Positions 27,499 through 36,756 of a stretch of 64,000 nt of DNA are shown here, piece by piece (positions within the stretch are counted from its first letter, which is position 1; every line of letters starts with the position of its first letter). A program made the translations under genes and the position numbers. The notes beneath the pieces are model-generated. The model did not search any database. It was not told where the DNA came from and worked only from the letters and a program-made list of their open reading frames with translations. Source of the stretch: Candidatus Aenigmatarchaeota archaeon (GTDB lineage Archaea > Aenigmatarchaeota > Aenigmatarchaeia > GW2011-AR5); the NCBI GenBank assembly GCA_016198685.1, contig JACQID010000004.1, positions 261,059 through 325,058 on the forward strand, given 5' to 3'.

Positions 27499-27653
27499 CT
27501 GTACTTATGGAAACCAAGATCAGCCGCAACCTCACGGAAGCATCTTCTGCAATACATGAGGCTATATTTTCTTATGAGGCCTCTCATGTTGCCGCATCTG
27601 ACGCACTTGCGTGCGCCCTCGCCTTGTTTTCTCTTTGTAGCTTTCAAGCGCAT
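27495..27653 (-). CDS. rps14: 30S ribosomal protein S14 type Z (zinc-binding; not in ORF track)
   Basis: Manual translation of the reverse strand from ATG at 27653 gives a short ORF of about 52 aa, [52 protein letters not shown], with the CxxC...CxxC of S14-Z. Lies between L5 and S8 as expected. Confidence 0.8.
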   Translation of the reverse strand: MRLKATKRKQGEGARKCVRCGNMRGLIRKYSLMYCRRCFREVAADLGFHKYR

Positions 27654-27658
27654 AATTA

Positions 27659-28174
27659 TCACTCCACCTTAACGTTGAATTTCTCCTTCACGAACTGGAC
27701 GGCTTCGTCCTTTGTTATCACATGCTTCTTGCCCAGCTTGTGCGGATGTCTCTTCTTCTTGACTGCGTAGCCAGGCCTTTCCAGAGTCACGCATACATCC
27801 ATGCCTATAACGCCTATCTTTGGGTCATAGTCCATTCCAGGTACGTCAATGTATTCCTTGATGCCGAAAGCAAAATTGCCCTTGTCATCGAAACTGGATG
27901 TCTTGATCCTGTTTTCATTTGCTTCAAGCATCCTCTTTGCGAACTTTGCCGCATCGTGTCTTATTGTGATCTTGCAGCCTATAGGCTTGTTCTTCGGAAC
28001 TCCGAACGTGTTTCTCTTTGCAGTCTTGATTATTACAGGAGTTTTCTCGGTCAGCCTTTCCAGTATCTTTTTGGCGTTCTCGACAGGCGTATGAGTGCCG
28101 CAACCGATGTTGCACACTATTTTTTCAATGCGTATCTCTTTCATGGCCATTTCATTCACCGCGAGTCTCCGCAA
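27659..28174 (-). CDS. rpl5: 50S ribosomal protein L5
   Basis: 171 aa; [14 protein letters not shown] ... [19 protein letters not shown]. True start may be the internal [10 protein letters not shown]. Confidence 0.9.
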   Translation of the reverse strand: MRRLAVNEMAMKEIRIEKIVCNIGCGTHTPVENAKKILERLTEKTPVIIKTAKRNTFGVPKNKPIGCKITIRHDAAKFAKRMLEANENRIKTSSFDDKGNFAFGIKEYIDVPGMDYDPKIGVIGMDVCVTLERPGYAVKKKRHPHKLGKKHVITKDEAVQFVKEKFNVKVE

Positions 28175-28847
28175 CGTTTATTACGGGCGAGTCTTCTCCT
28201 ATGACGAACACATAATCCTTAGGAACTACGACATCCTTACCTTCGCTTTCCAGGACTATTATTTCAGATTCAGAGCCGGTTGTTGATATCATCTTCTTTA
28301 TCTTGCCTGACGTGCCCACGTTCTTTCCTTCAAGTATAAGGCCGTGAGAGCCTGTCTTCATTTTGAGAACGCCCTTTATAGTGCCTGTTTGAACGTCAAT
28401 CATTAGCGTGTCTCCTGTGCTATACTCTCCTGTTTCGGCAATTATGTTCCTGCCGTTGTAGAGGTTAAGCTGCATTCTGCCTTTTTTGAGAACAGTCTTG
28501 TTACTTATTTTAGCGAGCTTTGTTGCTGCAGCAGATTTGAGGAACCTCATGCCGTTCTTCTTTGGCAATGCAAGATATGTTTCCTTTCCTATCGTGATTA
28601 TATCCATAAATCCTACGGGGAACTTAACATCCCTTCTAGTTATGCCGTCGACCTTGATAAGGCCCCGATTCACCAGCTCCTTGGCTTCCTTCATTGTGCC
28701 TGCAAACTTCATCGCATCCCTGAGGAAGATGCCTATCGGCATTGAAGTCTTGCTGTTGTGAGGTCCTGGCAATAATTTGAGTGCATATTTCTTCGTTTTT
28801 CTCTCAAGTGGCCAGAACACCGGCATCACATAACGCTTAAGGCTCAT
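28152..28847 (-). CDS. rps4e: 30S ribosomal protein S4e
   Basis: 231 aa; RYVMPVFWPLERKTKKYALKLLPGPH, KVDGITRRDVKFPVGFMDIITI. Confidence 0.9.
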   Translation of the reverse strand: MSLKRYVMPVFWPLERKTKKYALKLLPGPHNSKTSMPIGIFLRDAMKFAGTMKEAKELVNRGLIKVDGITRRDVKFPVGFMDIITIGKETYLALPKKNGMRFLKSAAATKLAKISNKTVLKKGRMQLNLYNGRNIIAETGEYSTGDTLMIDVQTGTIKGVLKMKTGSHGLILEGKNVGTSGKIKKMISTTGSESEIIVLESEGKDVVVPKDYVFVIGEDSPVINVAETRGE

Positions 28848-29221
28848 TTCTTAATCCTCCTCTTCTTGTCATCTCTAAAGATTTTTATTATTTTCACGTT
28901 GCTTGGGTCAACAGGCACGTTGGCTTCCTGTCCGGATACCTTTTTTCTCTTTACGCCTTCAATATAAACCTTCAGCGCCTTGGCATCGACTCGCGTGACT
29001 GCGCCCCTGATTTTCTTGAATTCTCCTCGTGTGATTATGACTTCGTCGCCCTTTCTTAATTTCATGCTTCGTCTTCCTGTCTCCTCCCTCAAAGCCTTGT
29101 CTAGGTGAGCCGAAAGGAAGGCCTGCCTGATGTGACCAGGCGCATTATACCTGAACTTCCTTTGCTTCCTTGGCTGGGAGCTTGTCTTCCATTCTGCTGA
29201 ATATGCTTTCATGATTATCAC
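28844..29221 (-). CDS. rpl24: 50S ribosomal protein L24
   Basis: 125 aa; KOW motif region KLRKGDEVIITRGEFKKIRGAVTRVD. Confidence 0.9.
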   Translation of the reverse strand: MIIMKAYSAEWKTSSQPRKQRKFRYNAPGHIRQAFLSAHLDKALREETGRRSMKLRKGDEVIITRGEFKKIRGAVTRVDAKALKVYIEGVKRKKVSGQEANVPVDPSNVKIIKIFRDDKKRRIKK

Positions 29222-29619
29222 ACTACCAAACTTGCTATCTTCCCTATCATTGAAAATCTTTCCACGGCTTCCTTGGCTATGACGGTCCTGATTTCAGTTC
29301 CCGTCGGTTCGAATGTTTTTGAGTTGACAAGAACAGCCGCGTTGTCGCTGAATTTTACTCTTGTTCCGTCCGATCTTCTGAATTCCTTCTTCTGCCTGAC
29401 TATGACGCAATACACCATCTGATGCATTACTTTTTCCTTGCCTTTCTTGACCGCGCATATGACCACGTCGCCTACGCCGGCCTTGGGATTTCTTCTCTGA
29501 ACTCCCTTGTATCCCTTGACTGCTATTATCTCAAGTTCCTTTGCGCCGGAATTGTCAGCGCACTTTATCCTTGACATTATCTGCAGTGCCTTGGGAATTC
29601 TTGCTGATACTGCTTTCAT
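29218..29619 (-). CDS. rpl14: 50S ribosomal protein L14
   Basis: 133 aa; IMSRIKCADNSGAKELEIIAVKG...GDVVICAVKKG. Confidence 0.9.
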   Translation of the reverse strand: MKAVSARIPKALQIMSRIKCADNSGAKELEIIAVKGYKGVQRRNPKAGVGDVVICAVKKGKEKVMHQMVYCVIVRQKKEFRRSDGTRVKFSDNAAVLVNSKTFEPTGTEIRTVIAKEAVERFSMIGKIASLVV

Positions 29620-29948
29620 TTCTTATCAACCACCACGAACTTCTTTGTCTTTGAGAGTGGTCTGCACTCGGCTATGGTCACCATGTCTCCTATTGAAGCA
29701 GACAAGCATTCCGGATTGTAAGCCGCAACTTTTGTGTTCCTTCTCTCGTACCTCTCGTACTTAGGCACATAATTATAATAATGCCACTTGACTATTGCGG
29801 TCTTCTGGGCCCTGTTGGACACTACTTCACCCCTGAATATCCTTCCGCGGACCTTAAGGTGACCGTGCCATGGGCACTTGTTGTCAGAGCACTTGCCCTT
29901 CGGCGCGTTAACGCCAACGCCTATGTCCTTTTTTGATTCTTTGTCCAT
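29616..29948 (-). CDS. rps17: 30S ribosomal protein S17
   Basis: 110 aa; CPWHGHLKVRGRIFRGEVVSNRAQKTAIV, OB-fold S17 family. Confidence 0.9.
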   Translation of the reverse strand: MDKESKKDIGVGVNAPKGKCSDNKCPWHGHLKVRGRIFRGEVVSNRAQKTAIVKWHYYNYVPKYERYERRNTKVAAYNPECLSASIGDMVTIAECRPLSKTKKFVVVDKK

Positions 29949-29952
29949 CTTT

Positions 29953-30228
29953 TCACCATCTTGATATCTTCTTCTTTATCCTGTCCTCGGGCCTTGCGAT
30001 TATAAAATTTCCATCCACGTCCACTTTTTTTCCATCCAGCATGAATCGGAAAACCGAGTTTTTCTTTTCGATTTTCTTGTCCCCTGACGAAGTTCTCACG
30101 ACCATGACCCGCATACCCTCATCTATCACCCGGCCGTTGATGCCGGTTTGCGACAAGTTCGAGGATTGCACGATTTCGCATTCAAGCCCTATGAATTCGT
30201 GACGTACAAGATTCCTTGCGTTTCTCAT
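29953..30228 (-). CDS. rnp1: RNase P protein component 1 (Rpp29/Pop4)
   Basis: 91 aa; Sm-like Rpp29 fold (LVRHEFIGLECEIVQSSNLSQTGINGRVIDEGMRVMVV). Located between S17 and SUI1 as in the euryarchaeal gene order. Confidence 0.8.
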   Translation of the reverse strand: MRNARNLVRHEFIGLECEIVQSSNLSQTGINGRVIDEGMRVMVVRTSSGDKKIEKKNSVFRFMLDGKKVDVDGNFIIARPEDRIKKKISRW

Positions 30229-30510
30229 TCACTTCACTTCTATCATGTCTTCGGGAAATCCTTCCTGCACAAGTATTTTCTTGACCTTCTCCTTATGGTT
30301 TCCCTGAAGCTCTATTTCTCCGTTCTTGTGGGTTCCCCCGCAAGCTAATTTCGATTTGAGCTTTGTCGTCACTTCCCTCAGGCTTATTTGCTTCTCGTCT
30401 ATGCCCTTTATCACGGTAGTATATTTGCCGTATCTTTTTTGTTGCGTGTTTATAGTTATTTTTCTAGACTCTTTTGCTATCGTCTCGCATACGCATAGTT
30501 CTTTTGGCAA
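30229..30510 (-). CDS. sui1: Translation initiation factor SUI1/aIF1
   Basis: 93 aa; SUI1 fold (ITINTQQKRYGKYTTVIKGID...LKSKLACGGTHKNGEIELQGNH). Confidence 0.85.
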   Translation of the reverse strand: MPKELCVCETIAKESRKITINTQQKRYGKYTTVIKGIDEKQISLREVTTKLKSKLACGGTHKNGEIELQGNHKEKVKKILVQEGFPEDMIEVK

Positions 30511-30530
30511 ACCGCATTTTGGGCAAACTG

Positions 30531-30731
30531 CTATTGTGAACCACCTCTCTTTTTGGTCAGGAGCCTCGCTATAGTACGCCTCATTTCCCTGATATTTCCG
30601 GGATTCTTGACAGTACTTCCGATTTCACTCAGCGCCATTTCTTTTGACATTTCGAGTTTTATCTCCTGTATCTTGGCGTCTATTTCTGATGCCTTCATGG
30701 CCTTCAACTTGTCTTTCTTTATTAACGCCAT
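30531..30731 (-). CDS. rpl29: 50S ribosomal protein L29
   Basis: 66 aa helical; LKAMKASEIDAKIQEIKLEMSKEMA. Confidence 0.85.
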   Translation of the reverse strand: MALIKKDKLKAMKASEIDAKIQEIKLEMSKEMALSEIGSTVKNPGNIREMRRTIARLLTKKRGGSQ

Positions 30732-30733
30732 AA

Positions 30734-31396
30734 TTATTCCTCTTTCATCTCTTGAACAGCATCTACTTTTACCGTCGTTGCTTCCTGCATCGGTACAGCA
30801 GCCTCGGCTATCTTTCTTACGCTGTTTGCGATCGACTGCGGATAATCAACCATTATCTGCACTGTCACGCCTATGTTACCGAGCTTGGGATTGGCAACCG
30901 CAAATCCCGTGCGAACATGCTGCTTTGCAAGTTCGCCGGATTTCTTCACATATCCTGCAACGAACCTGTCTCTTCTTGAGCGCTCGCCCGAAAGTTTTCC
31001 GGACATCACTATTTCGCATCCTACTGCACCTGACCTCATTATCTTCTCAAGATAAAAGTTTCCAAGCCTCTTGTAGTTGACTCCTGATTCTATCTGCGAA
31101 GCCAGACTCTTTGCCATGATAACAGCATCAAGGTTTGCATCATCTATCTTCTGAACGTCTATCTGCGGATTGTCTATCTTGAAATGAAGTCTCAATATGT
31201 CCGTTATTTCCCTTATTTTTTCGCCACCTGATCCTATTATGAGCCCGGGAGTAGTTGTATGAAGCACTATTCTCGTCATTATAGGCGTCTTCTGGATTTC
31301 TATATCGCCCACCTTGGCTGTTGAGAAGTGCTTCCTGATGAACTCTTGCATATTGACTTCTTCCTTGGCCTTGGCTATGAATATTCTTTCTTTCAT
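30734..31396 (-). CDS. rps3: 30S ribosomal protein S3
   Basis: KH domain (GLIIGSGGEKIREITDILRLHF) and S3-C domain (VGCEIVMSGKLSGERSR). Probable start MKERIFIAK at 31396, overlapping the L22 stop; the track ORF extends to 31462. Confidence 0.9.
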   Translation of the reverse strand: MKERIFIAKAKEEVNMQEFIRKHFSTAKVGDIEIQKTPIMTRIVLHTTTPGLIIGSGGEKIREITDILRLHFKIDNPQIDVQKIDDANLDAVIMAKSLASQIESGVNYKRLGNFYLEKIMRSGAVGCEIVMSGKLSGERSRRDRFVAGYVKKSGELAKQHVRTGFAVANPKLGNIGVTVQIMVDYPQSIANSVRKIAEAAVPMQEATTVKVDAVQEMKEE

Positions 31397-31400
31397 TGTT

Positions 31401-31826
31401 TCACCGTTTTTGCTGCAGGTACTTCTTTTGGCTTGGCCTGCTTTGCCTTCCTCTTTCAGCAAGTATCATTTCTACATTAGCCGTCTTCATTATTGCACCG
31501 AATCCGGATTTTCTTCTTCTTCTCCTGAACATCGTGCCCTTGTGCGATGAAGCAAGGACGAACATCTTTGTCGTATCCAGACCTTGAGACACCGCATTCT
31601 TTTCGCAGCTTAAGAGCAAATCCAGCATTTCCTTTACGGTCTTGCTGTAGTATTTGCCTTTCATGCTTCGCTTGCCTGAATACAGGTCCTCAAGCATTTT
31701 CTTGACAACGCTCAATTTCTTTCTCCTTATCATATTGCAAAGTATAGCTCCCTTCTTAGGGCTCATCCTGAGGTTGCTGCCATATGCTTTGGCATGCTTC
31801 TCTTCTGGTGCAAATGTATAGGGCAT
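31401..31826 (-). CDS. rpl22: 50S ribosomal protein L22
   Basis: 141 aa; AKAYGSNLRMSPKKGAILCNMIRRKKL... Confidence 0.9.
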   Translation of the reverse strand: MPYTFAPEEKHAKAYGSNLRMSPKKGAILCNMIRRKKLSVVKKMLEDLYSGKRSMKGKYYSKTVKEMLDLLLSCEKNAVSQGLDTTKMFVLASSHKGTMFRRRRRKSGFGAIMKTANVEMILAERGRQSRPSQKKYLQQKR

Positions 31827-31832
31827 TTTTTA

Positions 31833-32216
31833 TCACTTCAATGATACTGCCTTGCTGGATCTCGTGGCTCCGATACCAGGCGAGGAGTGTTTCACGCGTC
31901 CGCGCGTAAGCGCGAATTCACCGAGTCGGCGTCCAAGCATTTCGGTCTTGATGTCTATCGCTACAAATTCCTTCCCATTGTGAACTGCTATCTTGACACC
32001 TACCATCTCCGGCATTATGACCATGTCTCTGCATTGCGTTCTCACGAGCTTGCCGTCGTTCTTTCTTATGTCCTCGATCAGCTTCTTCTCGTGCTTCGTG
32101 TATCCTCGAAGGAGCGCTCTTCTGGCGCGCGAGTCTACAACCTTGCTGAACTCCTCCATATTCATGGCCTGAAGTTCTTCCGTGGTTCTTCCCTTGAACA
32201 AAAATTTCTTTGCCAT
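31833..32216 (-). CDS. rps19: 30S ribosomal protein S19
   Basis: 127 aa; GKEFVAIDIKTEMLGRRLGEFALTRGRVKHSSPGIGATRSSK. Confidence 0.9.
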   Translation of the reverse strand: MAKKFLFKGRTTEELQAMNMEEFSKVVDSRARRALLRGYTKHEKKLIEDIRKNDGKLVRTQCRDMVIMPEMVGVKIAVHNGKEFVAIDIKTEMLGRRLGEFALTRGRVKHSSPGIGATRSSKAVSLK

Positions 32217-32220
32217 AGTA

Positions 32221-32910
32221 TCACTTCTTTCCTGTTCTTCTTGGCGCGAGGCTTCCTACCTTTCTTCCAGGCGGTCTGTTTCTCCCGACTGTCTTGTGCT
32301 TACCGAGGTTCTTGCCTCCGAACGGATGCTGCACTGCGTTCTTGTGAGTGGCCGATGTCTTGCCTGCGAACTTGCCGAGCGCCTTCATGGCATGGAATCT
32401 CGTTCCTGCCTTCATGAAAGGCTTATCCTTCCTGCCGGCACCGGCAGTCATTCCTACAGTAGCCCTGCAATCTGCAGGGATTTCTTTCTTTTTCTTTGAA
32501 GGCATCAGCACGACAACTTTCTTCTCTTCTCTTGCAACTACAACTGCAAATGTGCCGGAGCTTCTACAGAGTCTTCCTCCGTCGCCCGGTCTCAATTCGA
32601 TATTATAAATCTTGGTTCCTTCAGGAATGTCCTTCACTGTGACTATGTTGCCTTCCTGCACGGAAGACATGGATATTGTTTGTCCGACTGCTATGCCCTG
32701 GTTAGGCAAATGCAATACTCTTTCGCCGTTGTAATCAACCTCTGCCAATGGCAATGTCTTGCCCGGCGCATCTATTATCTTTGTAACTATGCCCAACGTA
32801 GCTCCTTTCGGTATCTTGTCATACGTAGCAAGACCTGGGAATCTATGAGAAGGCGATCTATATCTAGGATTGCCTTTTCCTCTTCTTTGCTGTATCAAAT
32901 TCTTTCCCAT
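32221..32910 (-). CDS. rpl2: 50S ribosomal protein L2
   Basis: 229 aa; GRNRPPGRKVGSLAPRRTGKK tail and conserved L2 beta-barrel regions. Confidence 0.95.
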   Translation of the reverse strand: MGKNLIQQRRGKGNPRYRSPSHRFPGLATYDKIPKGATLGIVTKIIDAPGKTLPLAEVDYNGERVLHLPNQGIAVGQTISMSSVQEGNIVTVKDIPEGTKIYNIELRPGDGGRLCRSSGTFAVVVAREEKKVVVLMPSKKKKEIPADCRATVGMTAGAGRKDKPFMKAGTRFHAMKALGKFAGKTSATHKNAVQHPFGGKNLGKHKTVGRNRPPGRKVGSLAPRRTGKK

Positions 32911-32920
32911 TTTTTCACCA

Positions 32921-33268
32921 TCATATTATTCCAAGCTTGATTGCAATATCGCCTGCTGCGCCTGCGTTCTTGAATTTCACATAGGCACGCTTCCTTCTCT
33001 TCTGGTCTATTGATGTTCTGATTGATGTCACCGGTGCCGCGAACATGCTTTCAACTGATTTCTTTATGCCGTCCTTTTCAGCTTTCATGTCAACTACAAA
33101 AACGATCTTGTTGTCCCTCTCTATGGACTGAACCGCTTTTTCTGTCATGAGCACGAACTTGACTGTTTTGTAAGGATCAACCTTGAGTGCTACAACTGCC
33201 TCAGCTGGCGTTGCCTGAACAACAGGCTCCTTTTTTATAGCAGCCTTCATTTTCTTTTCTTCAGCCAT
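32921..33268 (-). CDS. rpl23: 50S ribosomal protein L23
   Basis: 115 aa; DPYKTVKFVLMTEKAVQSIERDNKIVFVVD. Confidence 0.9.
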   Translation of the reverse strand: MAEEKKMKAAIKKEPVVQATPAEAVVALKVDPYKTVKFVLMTEKAVQSIERDNKIVFVVDMKAEKDGIKKSVESMFAAPVTSIRTSIDQKRRKRAYVKFKNAGAAGDIAIKLGII

Positions 33269-33270
33269 AA

Positions 33271-34062
33271 TTATGCAAACCTCTTTTCAAGCTCCTTGAG
33301 AGCTGACACAGTGTAAACTGCGAGTCTTCCGGCATGCGTGCCCGGTGCAAGGAATTCTGCATTCACATTGGATGCAGTAACTACATTCACGCCGGGGATT
33401 GCGGAACAGGCTTTCATGGCATCACATTTTGCAGATACCACAAGCAGAGGGCCTATCTTTTGTCTGTATTTTCTTCCTCTTGTTTTTCCCTTGCCTGCCC
33501 TGATTTTCTTTTGTCCGGACCTTGCCATCTCTTTGGAACCCAGGACTTTTTCAAGGGCGACTGCCATTTCTTTGGCCTTGGCAATTTTCTCGAAATCATT
33601 CGTGACTATTACCGGAAGCTGGTTCTCGTAAAGATGTCCTCTTGCCTTGACTATTTCTGCATTGGCTGTAGCTGCTATCAAAGACCTGACTGCAGCTCTT
33701 GCCTCCTTCTTGTTAATCTTCTGCGTCCAGACTTTTTCTGCAACAGGAGGATGAGCCTTTCTTCCCTTGACTGCCTGCGGAACGAATCTTGCAGTAAATG
33801 CAAGGTATCCTATCCTTCCGTGTATTCTCGCAATTCTTGCCATCTCCTTGTTCATCATTGTATACCTATAATGCCTGCTTCCGTGGTAGTGAGCAGAAGT
33901 CTTTTTTCCTGCCAACGGGTCTCTTCCATAAGCCTGTCTTTTGTTCGCCTGCATAGCCAGGACTGCCTTCTTTATGAGTGAAGGCTTGTATTCTGTCTTG
34001 AATACTGCAGGCAATTCTACAGTTCCCGCTTCTTTCCCATGAACGTCATATATCTTTGCCAT
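33271..34062 (-). CDS. rpl4: 50S ribosomal protein L4
   Basis: 263 aa; archaeal/eukaryal L4/L1e family. Confidence 0.9.
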   Translation of the reverse strand: MAKIYDVHGKEAGTVELPAVFKTEYKPSLIKKAVLAMQANKRQAYGRDPLAGKKTSAHYHGSRHYRYTMMNKEMARIARIHGRIGYLAFTARFVPQAVKGRKAHPPVAEKVWTQKINKKEARAAVRSLIAATANAEIVKARGHLYENQLPVIVTNDFEKIAKAKEMAVALEKVLGSKEMARSGQKKIRAGKGKTRGRKYRQKIGPLLVVSAKCDAMKACSAIPGVNVVTASNVNAEFLAPGTHAGRLAVYTVSALKELEKRFA

Positions 34063-34064
34063 AA

Positions 34065-35000
34065 TTATACACCTTGTTTGCTGTGAAGTGAAACAAATGA
34101 AAGTTCCACTGGATTAGCTTTGCCCTTTGTTTTTCTAAGCATCACGAGTCTCTTCTTCGTTCCGGGTACAGATCCTTCAATGAGCATATAATCGCCCTTG
34201 ACCATTCCGTAGCCGAGCATTCCGCCCTTGGCGTTTATTTTCGCTGCATCGTTACCTATGAATAGTACTCTCTTGTTCTTGTCTGTCCTGTTAAAGAATC
34301 CATACTGACCTGCCTGAGGGACTCTCCAATCCACCTTCCCTGGCGTTGTCGGGCCAAGAGAACCTACGTGCCTGTGCATCTGCTTGTCTTTTCTGAACTG
34401 TATCCTTATGCCGTATCTCTTTACAGGACCCGTATAACCGTAACCCTTCGTGACGGCTGTCACGCTTATGCTTTCTCCCGAAACAAATATGTCCTTCGCA
34501 GATATTTCCTTGCCGAGCAAGGATTTGGCGTATTCGACCTTGTCCTGGACTTTTCCGCCTATTCCTATCTCGAAAACTTCCGGCATGCTTTTCTTCATGC
34601 CGCTCTTTTCCGGCTGTGTTGCAACTATGATCCTGACATCGTCTGCTTTTTCTACGAAAGAGCCTAACTGCTTGCCTGCTTTGTCTTGAACACTCTTGGG
34701 AAGATTGTCCATCCATTTTTCAGAGATGGTTCGGGCACCGGCGTAAAATCTTACGCCGCAAACAAGAAGAGAAGGAATTTCGATTATGGTAGCGGCTTTT
34801 GTGATAACTTTTCCGTATGTCGGGGACTTGGAATTAGAATCGGTGTATTTAACGTGCGTCATCCCGGCCTTCCAGCCTGCGAACATCAAAGGCTTTGTTT
34901 CATCGATTTCTGAATAGAACGAAATTCTTGGGTATATACGTGCAGCTCTTACTCTCTTGTACTGCAATGATCCTCGTCTTGGTCTTCCTTTATGGGGCAT
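34065..35000 (-). CDS. rpl3: 50S ribosomal protein L3
   Basis: 311 aa; first gene of the superoperon. Conserved L3 segments (GMTHVKYTD, GKGFQG-like KGYGYTGPVKRYG). Confidence 0.95.
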   Translation of the reverse strand: MPHKGRPRRGSLQYKRVRAARIYPRISFYSEIDETKPLMFAGWKAGMTHVKYTDSNSKSPTYGKVITKAATIIEIPSLLVCGVRFYAGARTISEKWMDNLPKSVQDKAGKQLGSFVEKADDVRIIVATQPEKSGMKKSMPEVFEIGIGGKVQDKVEYAKSLLGKEISAKDIFVSGESISVTAVTKGYGYTGPVKRYGIRIQFRKDKQMHRHVGSLGPTTPGKVDWRVPQAGQYGFFNRTDKNKRVLFIGNDAAKINAKGGMLGYGMVKGDYMLIEGSVPGTKKRLVMLRKTKGKANPVELSFVSLHSKQGV

Positions 35001-35276
35001 ATTCTCTCCTCTTTATTATAAGCTTACTTATTTAACTCTTTCCCGGACATTCACCAACGTAGAACAAGACTGCAACGGTACAATCCTTCCGGGTACGTGA
35101 GAGAGGATATTAATTAAAATGAAAGATATTTAAGCGCGAATTACGGCCATTTATTCAAATAGTCCTTACGAATGACCAAATATGCAGATTCAGGATATAA
35201 TATTGATTACATGTGATGCCAGTTGGAGAAAGAACTCGCTTGATATTATCGAATTTATTATGATGCAATTTATTTC

Positions 35277-35717
35277 TCAATTTTTATTTCTTGTCATTAT
35301 CACGTGTCGGGCTGTGCCGTATGCGGCATAGGCACCAAGTGCCATGAATACGAAATCAAGAATGCCGGCGATCCCTGAATCTGTAATATAGATGAACATG
35401 AACTCAGGGAACATGATCATATAATCCAATGAAAATCCTCCTGAGATGTCAACGAAAGTCTTTATGAACAGAAGCATGTAGCCTGTAAGGACGCTTACTA
35501 TACCGAAAATCACAGAAGTCACCATGAGCGATTTTTCTTCGCTCTTTAGGTGTTTGAGCGGCCACATATATCCTATTACTATGCCCGGTATTATTCCGGC
35601 AACAAGCGCCGTTATACCAAAAATTCTGTCAAAAAGCATTATAGGCAGAAAGAATATCATTCCGCCCAGAACGGATGCGAAAAAAGCCACAACAAGAATT
35701 TTTAGATCAATATTCAT
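35277..35717 (-). CDS. Hypothetical integral membrane protein
   Basis: 146 aa, about 4 predicted TM helices, no recognisable motif. Confidence 0.45.
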   Translation of the reverse strand: MNIDLKILVVAFFASVLGGMIFFLPIMLFDRIFGITALVAGIIPGIVIGYMWPLKHLKSEEKSLMVTSVIFGIVSVLTGYMLLFIKTFVDISGGFSLDYMIMFPEFMFIYITDSGIAGILDFVFMALGAYAAYGTARHVIMTRNKN

Positions 35718-35758
35718 TACAGGATATATTCTTCGTGATATTTAAATGCTATGAAAGA

Positions 35759-35861
35759 TGGGCTGGGGCAGATTTGAACTGCCGGCCGCCCGATTATCAG
35801 TCGGGTGCTCCAACCAGACTAAGCTTTGCTGACTGCCGTCAATCGCGGCAATTACCAGCCC
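35759..35861 (-). tRNA. tRNA-Ile (GAT) with about 28-nt intron at a non-canonical position (around nt 9/10, in front of the D-stem)
   Basis: Reverse strand: GGGCTGG-TA-[ATTGCCGCGATTGACGGCAGTCAGCAAA]-GCTT-AGTCTGGTTG-GAGC-A-CCCGA-CTGATAA-TCGGG-CGGCC-GGCAG-TTCAAAT-CTGCC-CCAGCCC-A. All arms are canonical once the 28-nt insert (about 35825-35852) is removed. Without removal the D-arm cannot form. Confidence 0.7.
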
Positions 35862-36084
35862 TTAATTTCCAACCCATGCATAGCCGTATATACCTAAACC
35901 AGCTATACTTTACATTCTTAGGTGCGATTACGTTAAAAACCTTGTTGTATGCTCCAATTGCCCAAGTCATAGAGTTGACACAAACATAGCATGTGAAGAA
36001 ATCAAAAGTGAAATAATGACTGCATATTTTCCAAGGTTTTTCTTGGTGTAAACTCCGAACATTTCTTTTCCCAAAAGAAAGGGA

Positions 36085-36246
36085 TGGACTGGTCGGGATT
36101 TGAACCCGAAGCCTCTTGCATTCCGAACCGCGAAACCCATGGTTTCTTCAGTTGTAGGCTGTTCCGGATTCCTGTTGGAATCGATAACTATGCCGCAGCC
36201 AGCGTGCGGATGCCATGCAAGCGATCTTCCGTTGATCTACCAGCCC
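36085..36246 (-). tRNA. tRNA-Ala (GGC) with about 90-nt canonical-position intron
   Basis: Reverse strand: GGGCTGG-TA-GATC-AACGGAA-GATC-G-CTTGC-ATGGCA[90-nt intron, about 36121-36210]T-GCAAG-AGGCT-TCGGG-TTCAAAT-CCCGA-CCAGTCC-A. G3:U70 pair and A73 are the Ala identity elements. Overlapping track ORF 36084-36437(+) is spurious. Confidence 0.75.
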
Positions 36247-36286
36247 GTGTGCAAATATTATGGCGCAATGTTTTAATTATGATATT

Positions 36287-36751
36287 TCAGCACTTGTGCG
36301 GACTTTCAATGTCCTTGGCCATGAAAGCTATGGAGAAACAAAGTAAAACAATGCTCAAAGCCTGCGCTTCAAGCCCGCCAAATGGAAGAATTGCAAATGC
36401 CGCCGGAATCCCGATGACGGCCAAGAGGAATGGATAGCAAACAGAGCATGCAGACGTTAAAAGCCCCAAAACGCCTCCAATCATAGCCATTCTTTCGCCT
36501 TTCTGCGATTTTAAAATCATGCCGGCTCTATATTCATAGAGCATAAGGCACAATGCACCAAGCAATGAGAAAACAATCAAAAAAATAACCGATACGATAG
36601 AATAAGAATCCGCAACTATCATCTTCCCTTGCAAAAATCCGGGAAAGCTTACGAAATTCATGAGAAATAAGGACATTGCAAGAATTATTGCAAATCGCAG
36701 AATAAATTTTTCTCTGTGAGATGCGTCAAATAAACCAATGATATATTTCAT
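36287..36751 (-). CDS. Hypothetical membrane protein with membrane-embedded CxxC (possibly part of Cu-handling cluster)
   Basis: Likely start MKYIIGL at 36751, 5 nt after the upstream gene stop. About 4 TM helices, SACSVCYP motif. Confidence 0.45.
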   Translation of the reverse strand: MKYIIGLFDASHREKFILRFAIILAMSLFLMNFVSFPGFLQGKMIVADSYSIVSVIFLIVFSLLGALCLMLYEYRAGMILKSQKGERMAMIGGVLGLLTSACSVCYPFLLAVIGIPAAFAILPFGGLEAQALSIVLLCFSIAFMAKDIESPHKC

Positions 36752-36756
36752 GTTTT

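Noticed and set aside
36084-36437. 117-aa plus-strand ORF and 35675-35989 ORF
   Set aside because: They run straight across the tRNA-Ala(GGC) and tRNA-Ile genes on the opposite strand; the tRNA structures explain the sequence.
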